Positions 8,488 to 19,574 of a stretch of 32,000 nucleotides of DNA are shown piece by piece. The notes below the pieces were generated by a model. The model did not search any database, was not told the origin of the DNA, and saw only the letters and a program-made list of their open reading frames with translations. The stretch's first letter is position 1; each line of letters opens with the position of its first letter. The translations under genes and the position numbers were made by a program. Source of the stretch: Caedibacter taeniospiralis (GTDB lineage Bacteria > Pseudomonadota > Gammaproteobacteria > Francisellales > Francisellaceae); assembly GCF_002803295.2 (NCBI RefSeq), contig NZ_PGGB02000003.1, positions 60,210-92,209 of the forward strand. Reading direction: 5' to 3'.

Positions 8488-9273
8488 ATGAAAGATAATA
8501 GTATTGCTTTAGTAATTGGTACTGATAAAGAAAGTAATAAAGATTTGCAAACGCTTTTACAGCGCTATTTGTTCCAAGTAGCAATTGCCACCTCAGGTGC
8601 CCAAGCAATGGAATTACTTTCGAGCAATAAAAATACTAAATTTGTTTTGTTAGATCTTTTTTTACCTGATACATATGGTATTGAACTATGTAAGAATATT
8701 CGTGAACGCTGTCCAGGTGTACCAATCCTTTTTGTCTCCAAAATTACAGATCCCACAGAAATTGTGCTTTGTTTCGAGGCTGGAGCTGATGACTATGTTG
8801 AAATCCCCTTTAATCAACATGTTTTAATGGCGCGTATTAAAGCAAAACTGCGAGACCGCAATGCCATGAATACACAATATGCGATTACTGGCTCAGTCAA
8901 TATCGAGGATATTAACATCAATAGTTACAACCAGATTCAGTTTGGCAAATGGATTTATTACCCTAGAAAATCGCTAGTAACGCATCCAGATCATGCAGAA
9001 ATCTATCTGACCGACAAGGAAGGTACTTTGCTGAAAATGCTGTTATCCGATCCAAGCAAAACTTTTATGCGCGAAGAAATTGCAAGCTACCTAAATTTAA
9101 ACCTCCAGGAAAGCATGATTCGCGACGTTAACATTCACGTTCATCGCTTACGCAATAAGCTCACCCAGGGGCACAACTCAAATTCCCCCATCAAGGCCGT
9201 ACGCTCACAAGGTTATACCTTAGACTCTTACTTAACGTACATATACGATGGTAAAGAAGTTTCATTTTTATAA
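8488..9273 (+). CDS. Orphan OmpR/PhoB-family response regulator with atypical receiver domain
   Basis: The receiver fold is recognisable (FVLLDLFLPD phospho-Asp position, PILFVSK, GADDYVEIPF). The C-terminal winged-helix is also clear (LTDKEGTLLKMLL, VNIHVHRLRNKL, VRSQGYTL). The start is uncertain: the ORF opens at 8440, and ATG 8488 (MKDNSIALVIG) fits the domain boundary. No histidine kinase gene is adjacent. Confidence 0.75.
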   Translation: MKDNSIALVIGTDKESNKDLQTLLQRYLFQVAIATSGAQAMELLSSNKNTKFVLLDLFLPDTYGIELCKNIRERCPGVPILFVSKITDPTEIVLCFEAGADDYVEIPFNQHVLMARIKAKLRDRNAMNTQYAITGSVNIEDININSYNQIQFGKWIYYPRKSLVTHPDHAEIYLTDKEGTLLKMLLSDPSKTFMREEIASYLNLNLQESMIRDVNIHVHRLRNKLTQGHNSNSPIKAVRSQGYTLDSYLTYIYDGKEVSFL

Positions 9274-9278
9274 CCAGG

Positions 9279-11411
<2,133 letters not shown>

Positions 11412-11468
11412 TTATTAACCGCATCTTTATGCCAGTATGAGGATGTATATATCAACCATAGGAGTACT

Positions 11469-11951
11469 ATGTCTAACCTAAGTCAGTTTATCTCTGCAAA
11501 CCTGCTGCTGTGCACCGTTTTTGTGCTTGCGGTGCTGGTTTATCTTATTTTTGAAATTCGTCAAGCAAGATCAGGACGCTTTCAGCTATCAACACAAGCT
11601 GCTATCAGCTTGACCAATCGTGAAAAAGGCATATTTCTGGATATTCGAGATGGTAAACAGTACAACGAAAGTCATATTGTTGGTGCAATCAATAGTCCCT
11701 TTGCAAATTTAAAATCAAGCACCAAATTTCTCAACAAATATAAAAATGCACCGATTGTTGTCTATTGCATCACGGGTTCACAAAGCGTCAATGCCTGTGA
11801 TTTACTAAAAAAAGATGGCTATGATAAGGCTTATACTTTAAAAGGCGGCTTCAAACAGTGGTTAAATGACAAGCTCCCCATTGACTCAAAGGTAGATACT
11901 CATCAACCTCAGGTTGCAAATGATAGAAAAGAAAAGAACACCACAAAGTAA
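11469..11951 (+). CDS. Membrane-anchored single-domain rhodanese (YibN-like)
   Basis: An AGGAG RBS precedes ATG 11469. The protein has an N-terminal TM helix (LLLCTVFVLAVLVYLIF) followed by a rhodanese fold with the active-site loop VVYCITGSQS. Its position directly upstream of secB matches E. coli yibN. Confidence 0.8.
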   Translation: MSNLSQFISANLLLCTVFVLAVLVYLIFEIRQARSGRFQLSTQAAISLTNREKGIFLDIRDGKQYNESHIVGAINSPFANLKSSTKFLNKYKNAPIVVYCITGSQSVNACDLLKKDGYDKAYTLKGGFKQWLNDKLPIDSKVDTHQPQVANDRKEKNTTK

Positions 11952-11985
11952 TAAAATATATACCACTTAACCTTAAGGAAACATC

Positions 11986-12444
11986 ATGACAGCTGAAACA
12001 AACGCACCTGACATCCAATTTCAAATCCAAAAAATCTACACCAAAGACATCTCTTTTGAGATCCCTAAAGGGGCAGAGGCTTTTAAACAAGAATGGAAAC
12101 CTGAGCTTAACGTTGCCCTAAATACTAAAGTGACTCGTTTACCTGAAGATCATATGTTTGAAGTCGTTCTCACCGTCGAAGCTGACGTAAAAACAGCTAA
12201 AAGCGATGCTTTTAAAGTCGAAGTGCAGCAGGCGGGCATATTTCTTATTTCTAATATGAAGGAAGAACAACTTGATCATGCACAATATGCTTTTTGCCCA
12301 AATATCTTATACCCTTATGCACGCGAAGCTATTTCTGATTTAGTGGCAAGAGGTGGATTCCCACAATTGTGTTTAGCCCCAGTGAACTTTGATATGATCT
12401 ATCAGCAAAAGCAGCAAGAACAACAAAAGCAAAAAACACGCTAA
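11986..12444 (+). CDS. secB: Protein-export chaperone SecB
   Basis: 152 aa with FQIQKIYTKDISFE, FCPNILYPYAREAISDLVARGGFPQLCLAPVNFD and an acidic/Gln-rich tail. An AAGGA RBS is present. Confidence 0.9.
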   Translation: MTAETNAPDIQFQIQKIYTKDISFEIPKGAEAFKQEWKPELNVALNTKVTRLPEDHMFEVVLTVEADVKTAKSDAFKVEVQQAGIFLISNMKEEQLDHAQYAFCPNILYPYAREAISDLVARGGFPQLCLAPVNFDMIYQQKQQEQQKQKTR

Positions 12445-12495
12445 TGAATCCAAAAAGCTGGCATCTTCTTGATTTTCCAAACCTTCTGGCTTGAA

Positions 12496-12669
12496 CTAAA
12501 ACAAAACACTCACATTCAGAAGGGATTTACCAAAACACCGTGGACGCGAGAGAAAGTAATAGTTACCGTTCTCGGTCAAATGGTAGAAATGTTTTGTTTT
12601 ATCGACGTAAAGATAATCGTTAGTGACCATTTCCGCTAAACCCGAAATACCAATCGGAAGTTTTTTCAT
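12496..12669 (-). pseudogene. 57-codon N-terminal stub of an AAA-ATPase-like (PF09820-type) protein
   Basis: My own translation of the minus strand gives MKKLPIGISGLAEMVTNDYLYVDKTKHFYHLTENGNYYFLSRPRCFGKSLLNVSVLF*. This resembles the conserved N-terminus (MKKLPIGI...YVDKT...RPRRFGKS) of ~500-aa predicted AAA-ATPase/PD-(D/E)XK proteins. It was too short for the ORF track, and the rest of the gene is absent. Confidence 0.5.
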
Positions 12670-12670
12670 G

Positions 12671-15600
12671 TTACTGTTCCAAACTCATCAAAAACGCATT
12701 TCCGCCTGAAGCCGTTGTATTAATGCTAATCGTGCGTTCAACTGCCAAGCGATGTAAGTAGAAAGGACCGCCTGCTTTTGGACCTGTTCCTGATAAGCCC
12801 TGTCCTCCAAAGGGTTGCACTCCAACAACCGCTCCAACGATATTACGATTGACATAAATATTACCGACGCGCACATGCGTTTTGAAGAAGTTCACGGTCT
12901 CTTGAATGCGACTGTGAATCCCAAAAGTAAGGCCATATCCTGTCGCATTAATGTCTTTGACCACTTTGTCTAATTCATTCGCCTTAAATCGTACAATATG
13001 TAACACAGGACCAAATACTTCACGTTTTAATACATTAATGCTGTTGATTTCAAACACCGTGGGATAAACATAATTTCCTTTTTCCAAGGCTTTATCTTGT
13101 GGAATTTCATGCACAAGCTTTGCTGATTGACGCATCTCGTTAATGTGTTTGTTCAAATTAGCCTGTGCTTCTTGATCAATCACAGGACCAATATCGGTTT
13201 CAATGAACGCTGGATCGTATACCTTAAGCTCATCCATAGCACCCTTTAGCATATTGATTACCGTATCGGCAATGTCCTCTTGCAAATATAAGACTCTCAA
13301 GGCTGAACATCGTTGCCCAGCACTGTCAAATGCTGAGGAAATAACATCATTAACCACCTGCTCTGGCAATGAAGATGAGTCAACTACCATGACATTTTGT
13401 CCACCTGTTTCGGCAATAAAAGGCACAATCGCCCCCTCTTTTGCTGTCAGCGCTTGTTGGATAATTTTGGCGACTTCAGTGGAGCCCGTGAAAATAACGC
13501 CAGCAACACGAGGATCCTGGGTTAGCGCACGACCCACCTCTTCGCCCGTACCTGGCACAAATTGCAGCACTTCTTTAGGAATCCCCGCCTCGTGCATAAG
13601 CTTCACCGCTTCATACGCAATAATTGGGGTTTGCTCAGCAGGCTTTGCTACTACCGTGTTCCCCGCAGCAAGGGCTGCACTCACCTGCCCCAAAAAAATT
13701 GCCAAGGGGAAATTCCATGGGCTAATGCACACAACAACTCCTCGACCATGCAGGCTTATTTGATTAAGTTCTCCTGTTGGACCTGATAATATCTTAGGTT
13801 CGCTAAATTCCATGCGTGCCTGCGCGGCATAATAACGGCAAAAATCAACCGCTTCACGAATCTCGCCCACCGCATTTGACAAGGTTTTACCTGCTTCGCG
13901 TATAGCAATCGCCATCAATTTTGGCATATTTTCTTCAAGAAGACTTGCACACTTATCTAAAGCACCCGCACGTGTATTAGCATCGACTAAGCTCCAAGTA
14001 TCAAAGGCATTATGCGCCACCGCCATTGCTTTTTCAGCAATTTTCTTATCAGAATTAAAAACCTTAGCAAACACCTGATTATTTGCGGGATTATAAACGT
14101 TCTCACTACTTAAGTTCGATAAATCAGTATCACATACTAAGGGTTTTGCGACGTACTCATCACGGTCAAATTGACTCATTTGTAAAGCAAGCTTTTCAAG
14201 CGTACGCGTATCGTTTAAATTATAACTTTTTGAATTCATTCTCTCTGCTCCAAACATATTTACAGGTAAGACGATTTGCGGGTGAGCCCTAAAGCCTAAG
14301 CGCTCAGCTTTTTGTACGGGATCTCCAACCAGACTTTCAATAGGAGTTTTCTCATCCACTATGCGATGCACAAAAGAAGAGTTTGCACCATTTTCCAATA
14401 ATCTTCTTACCAGGTAAGGCAGCAGATGCTTATAGGTTCCAACGGGGGCATAAATGCGGCATGGTATATTAAAATTATTTTTACCAACCACATGATCGTA
14501 AAGCGCATCTCCCATGCCGTGCAAACACTGAAATTCGTAGTCTTTATAGCCTCCTGAAAGCTGCATAACCAGTGCCGTTGTATAGGCATTGTGTGTCGCA
14601 AATTGCGGATAAATATGCTTTGTATTGGCAAAGAGTTTTTTGATACATGCCTGATACGACACATCGGTATAGCATTTTTGTGTGAATATGGGATAGCCTT
14701 CTAAACCCTCCACTTGCGCGTGTTTAATCTCAGAATCCCAATAAGCGCCTTTTACAAGTCTCACCATAAACCTGTGTCCCGTACGCTCCGCAAGATCAAT
14801 CAAATAATCAAGTACAGGGATTGCACGCTTTTGATAAGCTTGAACCACGATACCAATTCCTTCGAAACCCTGCAAAGATGGCTCATGCGCTAAACGATTG
14901 ACAAGCTCAAGTGACAATTCCAGACGCTCAGTTTCCTCGGCATCAATGTTCAAACCAATGTTGTAGCTTTGCGCAAGCTCAACAAGCTTTAATAATTTAG
15001 GATACATCTCTGCATGTATGCGATCGGCTTGAGCAACCTCATAGCGTGGGTGAAGTGCTGAAAGTTTTACCGAAATACCAGGGTTGGTACGAACACTATT
15101 TTTTGTTGCCCCATAACCAATCGCGTCAATCGCTTGGCGATATTCGTTGTAATAAAACTCGGCATCTGCCTTGGTCGTTGCTGCTTCTCCCAACATATCA
15201 TATGAGTAAGTAAAACCAATTGCTTCTTTATCTTTAGCGCGCTTAAGCGCTTTTTCAATTGTCTCACCCATAACATATTGCTGTCCTAGGACTTTCATCG
15301 CGTGCATAACAGCACGACGCACAACAGGGCGCGAGCGTTTGTCTAAAAAGTTTTTTAACACGTGTTTGAATTTATTCTGGTATTGCCCGGGTTTTAGAAT
15401 TTTCCCCGTCAACATCAAGCACCAGGTTGCGGCATTAACAAATAAATACTCACTATCACCAACATACTCGTGCCAATTGGCACTGGTTAGCTTATCTTTG
15501 ATAAGTTTATCTGCCGTAAGCTTATCTGGGATTCTAAGTAGCGCCTCTGCCAGGCACATCAATACAATGCCTTCATCACTCGATAAATCATACTTGGTCA

Positions 15601-15814
15601 TAAAAGCATCCAGACCGCTTTTACTTAAGCGTGTTTCACGAACATTTGCCACCAATTCACTGGCAATATCCTGTACTGCCAAACGCTCCTTGTCCGTTAA
15701 TGCTGCATCTTTTGCAAGCTCGGCGATAATCATTTCCTCATCACACAGCCAATGCCTGGATATTTCCTGCATCAGTAGCGATTGATCAAACCGATTCATT
15801 TTGTTTAGAATCAT
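12671..15814 (-). CDS. putA: Bifunctional proline dehydrogenase / L-glutamate gamma-semialdehyde (P5C) dehydrogenase PutA (1047 codons from the internal ATG)
   Basis: The PRODH barrel (LMCLAEALLRIPD, SYDMLGEAA, ISVKLSAL, NIDAEE, VQAYQKR, VRLVKGAYWD, ATHNA, FQCLHGMG, YAPVG, YLVRRLLENGAN) is followed by an ALDH domain (SPWNFPLAI, FTGST, ETGGQN, CSALR, EVFGP). ATG 15814 is preceded by GGGGAG at 6-nt spacing. The same frame stays open upstream (see next feature). Confidence 0.88.
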   Translation of the reverse strand: MILNKMNRFDQSLLMQEISRHWLCDEEMIIAELAKDAALTDKERLAVQDIASELVANVRETRLSKSGLDAFMTKYDLSSDEGIVLMCLAEALLRIPDKLTADKLIKDKLTSANWHEYVGDSEYLFVNAATWCLMLTGKILKPGQYQNKFKHVLKNFLDKRSRPVVRRAVMHAMKVLGQQYVMGETIEKALKRAKDKEAIGFTYSYDMLGEAATTKADAEFYYNEYRQAIDAIGYGATKNSVRTNPGISVKLSALHPRYEVAQADRIHAEMYPKLLKLVELAQSYNIGLNIDAEETERLELSLELVNRLAHEPSLQGFEGIGIVVQAYQKRAIPVLDYLIDLAERTGHRFMVRLVKGAYWDSEIKHAQVEGLEGYPIFTQKCYTDVSYQACIKKLFANTKHIYPQFATHNAYTTALVMQLSGGYKDYEFQCLHGMGDALYDHVVGKNNFNIPCRIYAPVGTYKHLLPYLVRRLLENGANSSFVHRIVDEKTPIESLVGDPVQKAERLGFRAHPQIVLPVNMFGAERMNSKSYNLNDTRTLEKLALQMSQFDRDEYVAKPLVCDTDLSNLSSENVYNPANNQVFAKVFNSDKKIAEKAMAVAHNAFDTWSLVDANTRAGALDKCASLLEENMPKLMAIAIREAGKTLSNAVGEIREAVDFCRYYAAQARMEFSEPKILSGPTGELNQISLHGRGVVVCISPWNFPLAIFLGQVSAALAAGNTVVAKPAEQTPIIAYEAVKLMHEAGIPKEVLQFVPGTGEEVGRALTQDPRVAGVIFTGSTEVAKIIQQALTAKEGAIVPFIAETGGQNVMVVDSSSLPEQVVNDVISSAFDSAGQRCSALRVLYLQEDIADTVINMLKGAMDELKVYDPAFIETDIGPVIDQEAQANLNKHINEMRQSAKLVHEIPQDKALEKGNYVYPTVFEINSINVLKREVFGPVLHIVRFKANELDKVVKDINATGYGLTFGIHSRIQETVNFFKTHVRVGNIYVNRNIVGAVVGVQPFGGQGLSGTGPKAGGPFYLHRLAVERTISINTTASGGNAFLMSLEQ

Positions 15815-16144
15815 TGATAACTCCCCACAAGAGCTATTCACCGCTTTGGCTTGTCGCTGTGCATGTTGCTGCTTTACCATTAAAATTTTTCTCACCATTG
15901 CCTCATGCTTAGGATCAACCTCGGTTGACTTAATAAACCAATTAAATAAATCCTGATCTTCGCACTCCAATAAGGCATGAAAAGCCCCTCTTTCATCTTC
16001 TTGGGCAGTTAAATAAGCTTCCTCTACATAAGGCGATAAAATAAGATCTAACTCCAGCATGCCTCTTCTGGTTGCCCAGCGCAAGCGCGACAGCGCTTCG
16101 CAATCTAAGGTTTTTTGATTATCGACTATTATTTCGTTTTCCAT
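15815..16144 (-). CDS. sdhE: SdhE/YgfY-like FAD assembly factor reading frame, in frame with putA and lacking its own stop codon
   Basis: From ATG 16144 the translation is MENEIIVDNQKTLDCEALSRLRWATRRGMLELDLILSPYVEEAYLTAQEDERGAFHALLECEDQDLFNWFIKSTEVDPKHEAMVRKI... This is collinear with E. coli SdhE (RIHWACRRGMRELD...LLECDDPDLFNWL...MVRLI), including the RGxxE motif. There is no stop before the putA ATG at 15814, since the six-frame ORF 12671..16450 is uninterrupted. No obvious SD precedes 16144. Confidence 0.7.
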
Positions 16145-16316
16145 CACAACAAAGCTGACCCACATGCTACCATTAAAATCACTTGTGAGTCGTATGCTAA
16201 CATAAAAGCTAAAAAAGCGTAAAAGAAACTGGCGAGCGCTTTGATTGACGCTTCTCATTTGGTAAAGCCATGCTATGATTCTGACATGTCCTGATTTTCT
16301 ATGCTCAAAGGTAAAA

Positions 16317-17708
16317 ATGAATATTTTTAATCTAATTGAACTGCACACGTTTTTAATCGTCTGTGAAATACTTATTTTGATCGTCGTTGTGCGGATGGTT
16401 GCTGAAAAACAAAAACCAACAAGCATGATGGCATGGCTTTTAGCCATCATTCTTATTCCCTATGTCGCGGTCCCCTTTTACTTTATCTTTGGTATTCGTA
16501 AACGTAAGCGCAAGCGCCATAAGAGCGCATCTAATTTGCGCAAGATTAATCATGTTGATAGCTTTGATCCTTACACCATTCGTACGGTTTTGGTTAATCA
16601 GGAAATCCCCACGCCGACAAGCAACAATCATTTTGAGCTCTATCTTAATGGAATGGACGCTTATGATTCGTTGATAAACCACATTCATCAAACCAAAAAA
16701 AGCATCTATATCAGCACCTATGTTTTCCAAAAAGATCATGTGACTTTGCGTCTTTTAGCCGCACTGACTGAAAAAGCTCAAAAAGGTGTCACGGTCAAGT
16801 TACTTATTGACTCCTTAGGCTCTTATCGCGTGTATTTCAATCAGCGCATCTTTAAGCGCTTACGCAAGGCAGGTGGTAAGGTCTGCTTTTTTATGCCCAT
16901 CATTCAGATGCCATTTCGTAACTACATCAACTTTAGAAATCATCGCAAAATATACCTGTTTGACAAACACAGCGTTTTAACGGGAGGAATGAATCTTGGA
17001 GATGAGTATATGGGACCCACGCCTTGCCATAAACGCTGGGATGATATTCTGTTTAAAATAGAAGGTCACGCGGTTTGTCATTTTCATAACCTTTTTGCCT
17101 CAGACTGGGAGTATGCCGCCAAAGAGCATATTCCTGACATGACAGAAGTTTTCAGAAAAAAAACCTATGGCAAGAATTTAATTCAGGTGGTTCCATCTGG
17201 ACCTGACATTCCCAATGATGCACTCTATGAATCACTCATCGCGGGCATTTATGCTGCGCAAACACGTATCTGGATTGTTACTCCTTATTTTGTTCCCTCT
17301 GATTCGCTCTTGGAGGCGTTACAGATCGCCTACTATCGTGGTGTTGATGTTAAACTCATCACACCCAAAGTTTCTAATCACTTGATTGCTGATCTCGCGC
17401 GCAGCAATTTTATGCGTCAACTGGTAAAAACAGGTATTGAAATTGCACTCTTTAATAAAAAAATGATTCATGCCAAGGCTGTTTTGTTTGATGATAAAGC
17501 AGTGATGCTCGGCTCGGTGAACCTTGATAATCGCAGTTTATTTCTAAACTATGAAGTGGTGACTTATGCCTATGAGCCAAGTATTATCGAGCAAGTCGAC
17601 AGGTGGATGAGTGAATTTCTTAAGGATGCTGACAACAAGCTGCCAATCCCAACCCGAACGCGTAAACTGGGGGAAAACATGGTCAAACTACTCGCGCCCT
17701 TACTGTAA
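16317..17708 (+). CDS. cls: Cardiolipin synthase (phospholipase D superfamily, two HKD motifs)
   Basis: Two N-terminal TM helices are followed by HKD motifs HRKIYLFDKHSVLTGGMNLGDEY and IHAKAVLFDDKAVMLGSVNLDNRS. The start is set at ATG 16317 (MNIFNLIELH). Confidence 0.85.
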   Translation: MNIFNLIELHTFLIVCEILILIVVVRMVAEKQKPTSMMAWLLAIILIPYVAVPFYFIFGIRKRKRKRHKSASNLRKINHVDSFDPYTIRTVLVNQEIPTPTSNNHFELYLNGMDAYDSLINHIHQTKKSIYISTYVFQKDHVTLRLLAALTEKAQKGVTVKLLIDSLGSYRVYFNQRIFKRLRKAGGKVCFFMPIIQMPFRNYINFRNHRKIYLFDKHSVLTGGMNLGDEYMGPTPCHKRWDDILFKIEGHAVCHFHNLFASDWEYAAKEHIPDMTEVFRKKTYGKNLIQVVPSGPDIPNDALYESLIAGIYAAQTRIWIVTPYFVPSDSLLEALQIAYYRGVDVKLITPKVSNHLIADLARSNFMRQLVKTGIEIALFNKKMIHAKAVLFDDKAVMLGSVNLDNRSLFLNYEVVTYAYEPSIIEQVDRWMSEFLKDADNKLPIPTRTRKLGENMVKLLAPLL

Positions 17709-17709
17709 C

Positions 17710-18459
17710 ATGTTTAAGCCGCCGCAAATTACCTTAAGCTGCAAAAGCCGAGTTAAATTATCTTTTGTGCCTGATTCTGTTACGCTCATCAGCTGGAATA
17801 TCTATAAGATAAATCATAAAAATCCCATCGACTTCCAGCGCTTTATCAAGAGCCTTCAGCAAGCGTACAACGCCGGGTTTTATTGCTTACAAGAAGCTAA
17901 ACACACAGATAGTTCAAGCTTCCCCCTAGATGATTTTTGCTTGCACTTTGCTCCTAATTTACAGCTTAAAACCCATGCTTATGGCGTCATGAGTGCAAGC
18001 GGTGTTGTTTGTCATAAAGCACAACAAATTCTCTCCAAGAAAACTGAATTTCTTTTTAAAACTCACAAATCAAGCCTCGCTAATCATTATTTTTTCGGGG
18101 ATCACACCCCCTTAATCATCATTAATGTTCACGCAATTAATTTTAATAATTCTCGCGCCTATGCTGAAGAAATTAATCAGCTGCATGATTATCTAAGCAT
18201 TCACAAAAATGCTGCCGTGATCATTGCGGGAGATTTCAATAGCTGGAATAAAAAGCGTAATCTCCTCATCCATGAGTTTTGTCAGGCACTTGATTTAACC
18301 CAAACCGTATTTGAAGAGGATCAACACATTAAACGCTTTGCCAAGCATCCACTTGATCTGGTGATGTATCGCAACCTAACGTGTGAATACGCCATCGCCA
18401 TCGATAGCCAGAAAATTTCCGATCATAATCCCTTGCTTGTAAAATTTCGCAAAACGTGA
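17710..18459 (+). CDS. Endonuclease/exonuclease/phosphatase (EEP) family protein, YbhP-like
   Basis: ATG 17710 lies 1 nt after the cls stop. EEP hallmarks are present (ISWNIYK, CLQEA, IIINVHAINF, IIAGDFNSW, and C-terminal ISDHNPLLVKF). The pairing with a cardiolipin synthase gene mirrors E. coli ybhP-clsB. Confidence 0.75.
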   Translation: MFKPPQITLSCKSRVKLSFVPDSVTLISWNIYKINHKNPIDFQRFIKSLQQAYNAGFYCLQEAKHTDSSSFPLDDFCLHFAPNLQLKTHAYGVMSASGVVCHKAQQILSKKTEFLFKTHKSSLANHYFFGDHTPLIIINVHAINFNNSRAYAEEINQLHDYLSIHKNAAVIIAGDFNSWNKKRNLLIHEFCQALDLTQTVFEEDQHIKRFAKHPLDLVMYRNLTCEYAIAIDSQKISDHNPLLVKFRKT

Positions 18460-18484
18460 CTTCGTATTATGTTGACCTGGCTTA

Positions 18485-18605
18485 ATACTAACATACAATC
18501 ACTGCGGTTTTCTTTTGAACATCCTAAAGCCCCTAACTCATTATCCAAAGATTGACCCTCAAAATAGGTATTGGTCAAATCATAAAGGGTAACGATTTCT
18601 TCAAA
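18485..18605 (-). pseudogene. IS1634/IS4-superfamily transposase fragment (about 40 codons)
   Basis: The minus-strand translation FEEIVTLYDLTNTYFEGQSLDNELGALGCSKENRSDCMLVL resembles the first-Asp region (YDxTxxYFEG...SKDxRxD) of IS1634-type transposases. It abuts the left inverted repeat of the next element. Confidence 0.4.
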
Positions 18606-19543
18606 CTGAACTTTCCCAATTTTTGTCAGGCGACAAGATCAATGATCATCTGAAGCCATGAATTTTTGTAATTTTGTAGTTTCCCTTTGTCATTTTTGTA
18701 AACCCTGTGTTTATTAAAGTTCGCAACCAGGAGTTTTCTTGCTTGGGAGAAGGTAAATTGCGTCTTTATCCTATTATGCGTAAGCTCGCTTACTGACTGA
18801 GCGGGAAGCGCCATTACTGCGATCCAGGTAATCGTAATGGCAAGCATGCACATATTCAAGTGATTTATCACCGAATGCTCTAATCTTACCTGCGCTTTTT
18901 GCCTTCAGCTGGTTCTGAGAAGTTATACAAAGCACTATTTTTTCGTAACATCGTAAGCACATGAACCCTGCCGCCAAGCTCTGTTTTCAAAGGAAGATAG
19001 AGCTGACCATTGCCAAACTAGGAATCTGTCACCATAAGAATGGGTGACTTTGTCCAGGTACTGAGTTTAAGTATCATTTGGCAAGCCAAACTGATTTTAC
19101 TATTAAAGCAATCACCAGTAACCTTGACAACAGAGTGATAAACGCGTGTTAAAAGAGGTAAGAATGCCCAGCGAGTATGAATGAATTTCAACAGCCCAAG
19201 TTGGACAAAACACTGTGACCAAGGGTATTTGCTTTGATTATGTTTTGCTGCATGGTCAAAGAAGTGTTCACAACCGAAGATTTGCTTGCCACTTTTAGGT
19301 GTTGTTGAATCGTCTAAAGCCGTGATAAGACGCCCATCGGTCAGCGGCAATGGAATGAGTTTGAATACGGCTTGCCAAACGATCTAGTAAACCTGACCAC
19401 TAAGAATAGTGGTTACAGGTAAAGGTTGTAAGGTATCCATTAATGGGCTGCTCCTGTTTTTTTGCAGTCCCTAAGATAACAGGGATAAATGCTGGTTGAC
19501 AGCCCATCAGTAGCAAATTCTTACAAAATTTGGGAAAGTTCAG
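18606..19543 (-). mobile_element. Degenerate, internally deleted IS701/IS4-like insertion sequence bounded by 21-bp imperfect inverted repeats
   Basis: The inverted repeats (IRs) are 18606-18626 ctgaactttcccaatttttgt and 19523-19543 acaaaatttgggaaagttcag (20/21 complementary). The transposase reading ...LITALDDSTTPKSGKQIFG...ILMVTDS is broken by a TAG where W is expected (DS*FGNG, ~19015-19017). It continues out of frame as ...KKRAGKIRAFGDK... At 938 bp the element is too short for an intact member. Confidence 0.65.
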
Positions 19544-19574
19544 ATAAGGGTTTTGTGGTACAATCAGTCGTCTT

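Noticed and set aside
13203-13763. A 186-aa plus-strand ORF inside putA, plus similar embedded ORFs (917..1273, 10836..11135, 15339..15785, 20769..21053 and others).
   Set aside because: These are shadow ORFs, antisense or out of frame within well-supported genes. They have low-complexity or compositionally odd translations, no motifs and no RBS.
16145-16450. The long ORF 12671..16450 extends 102 codons upstream of the SdhE-like ATG and overlaps the cls start on the opposite strand.
   Set aside because: The residues (MMAKSHAIMLVGFCFSATIRTTT...) show no homology, lie in the divergent promoter region, and mirror the cls N-terminal coding sequence. I treat them as an open-frame artefact rather than coding.
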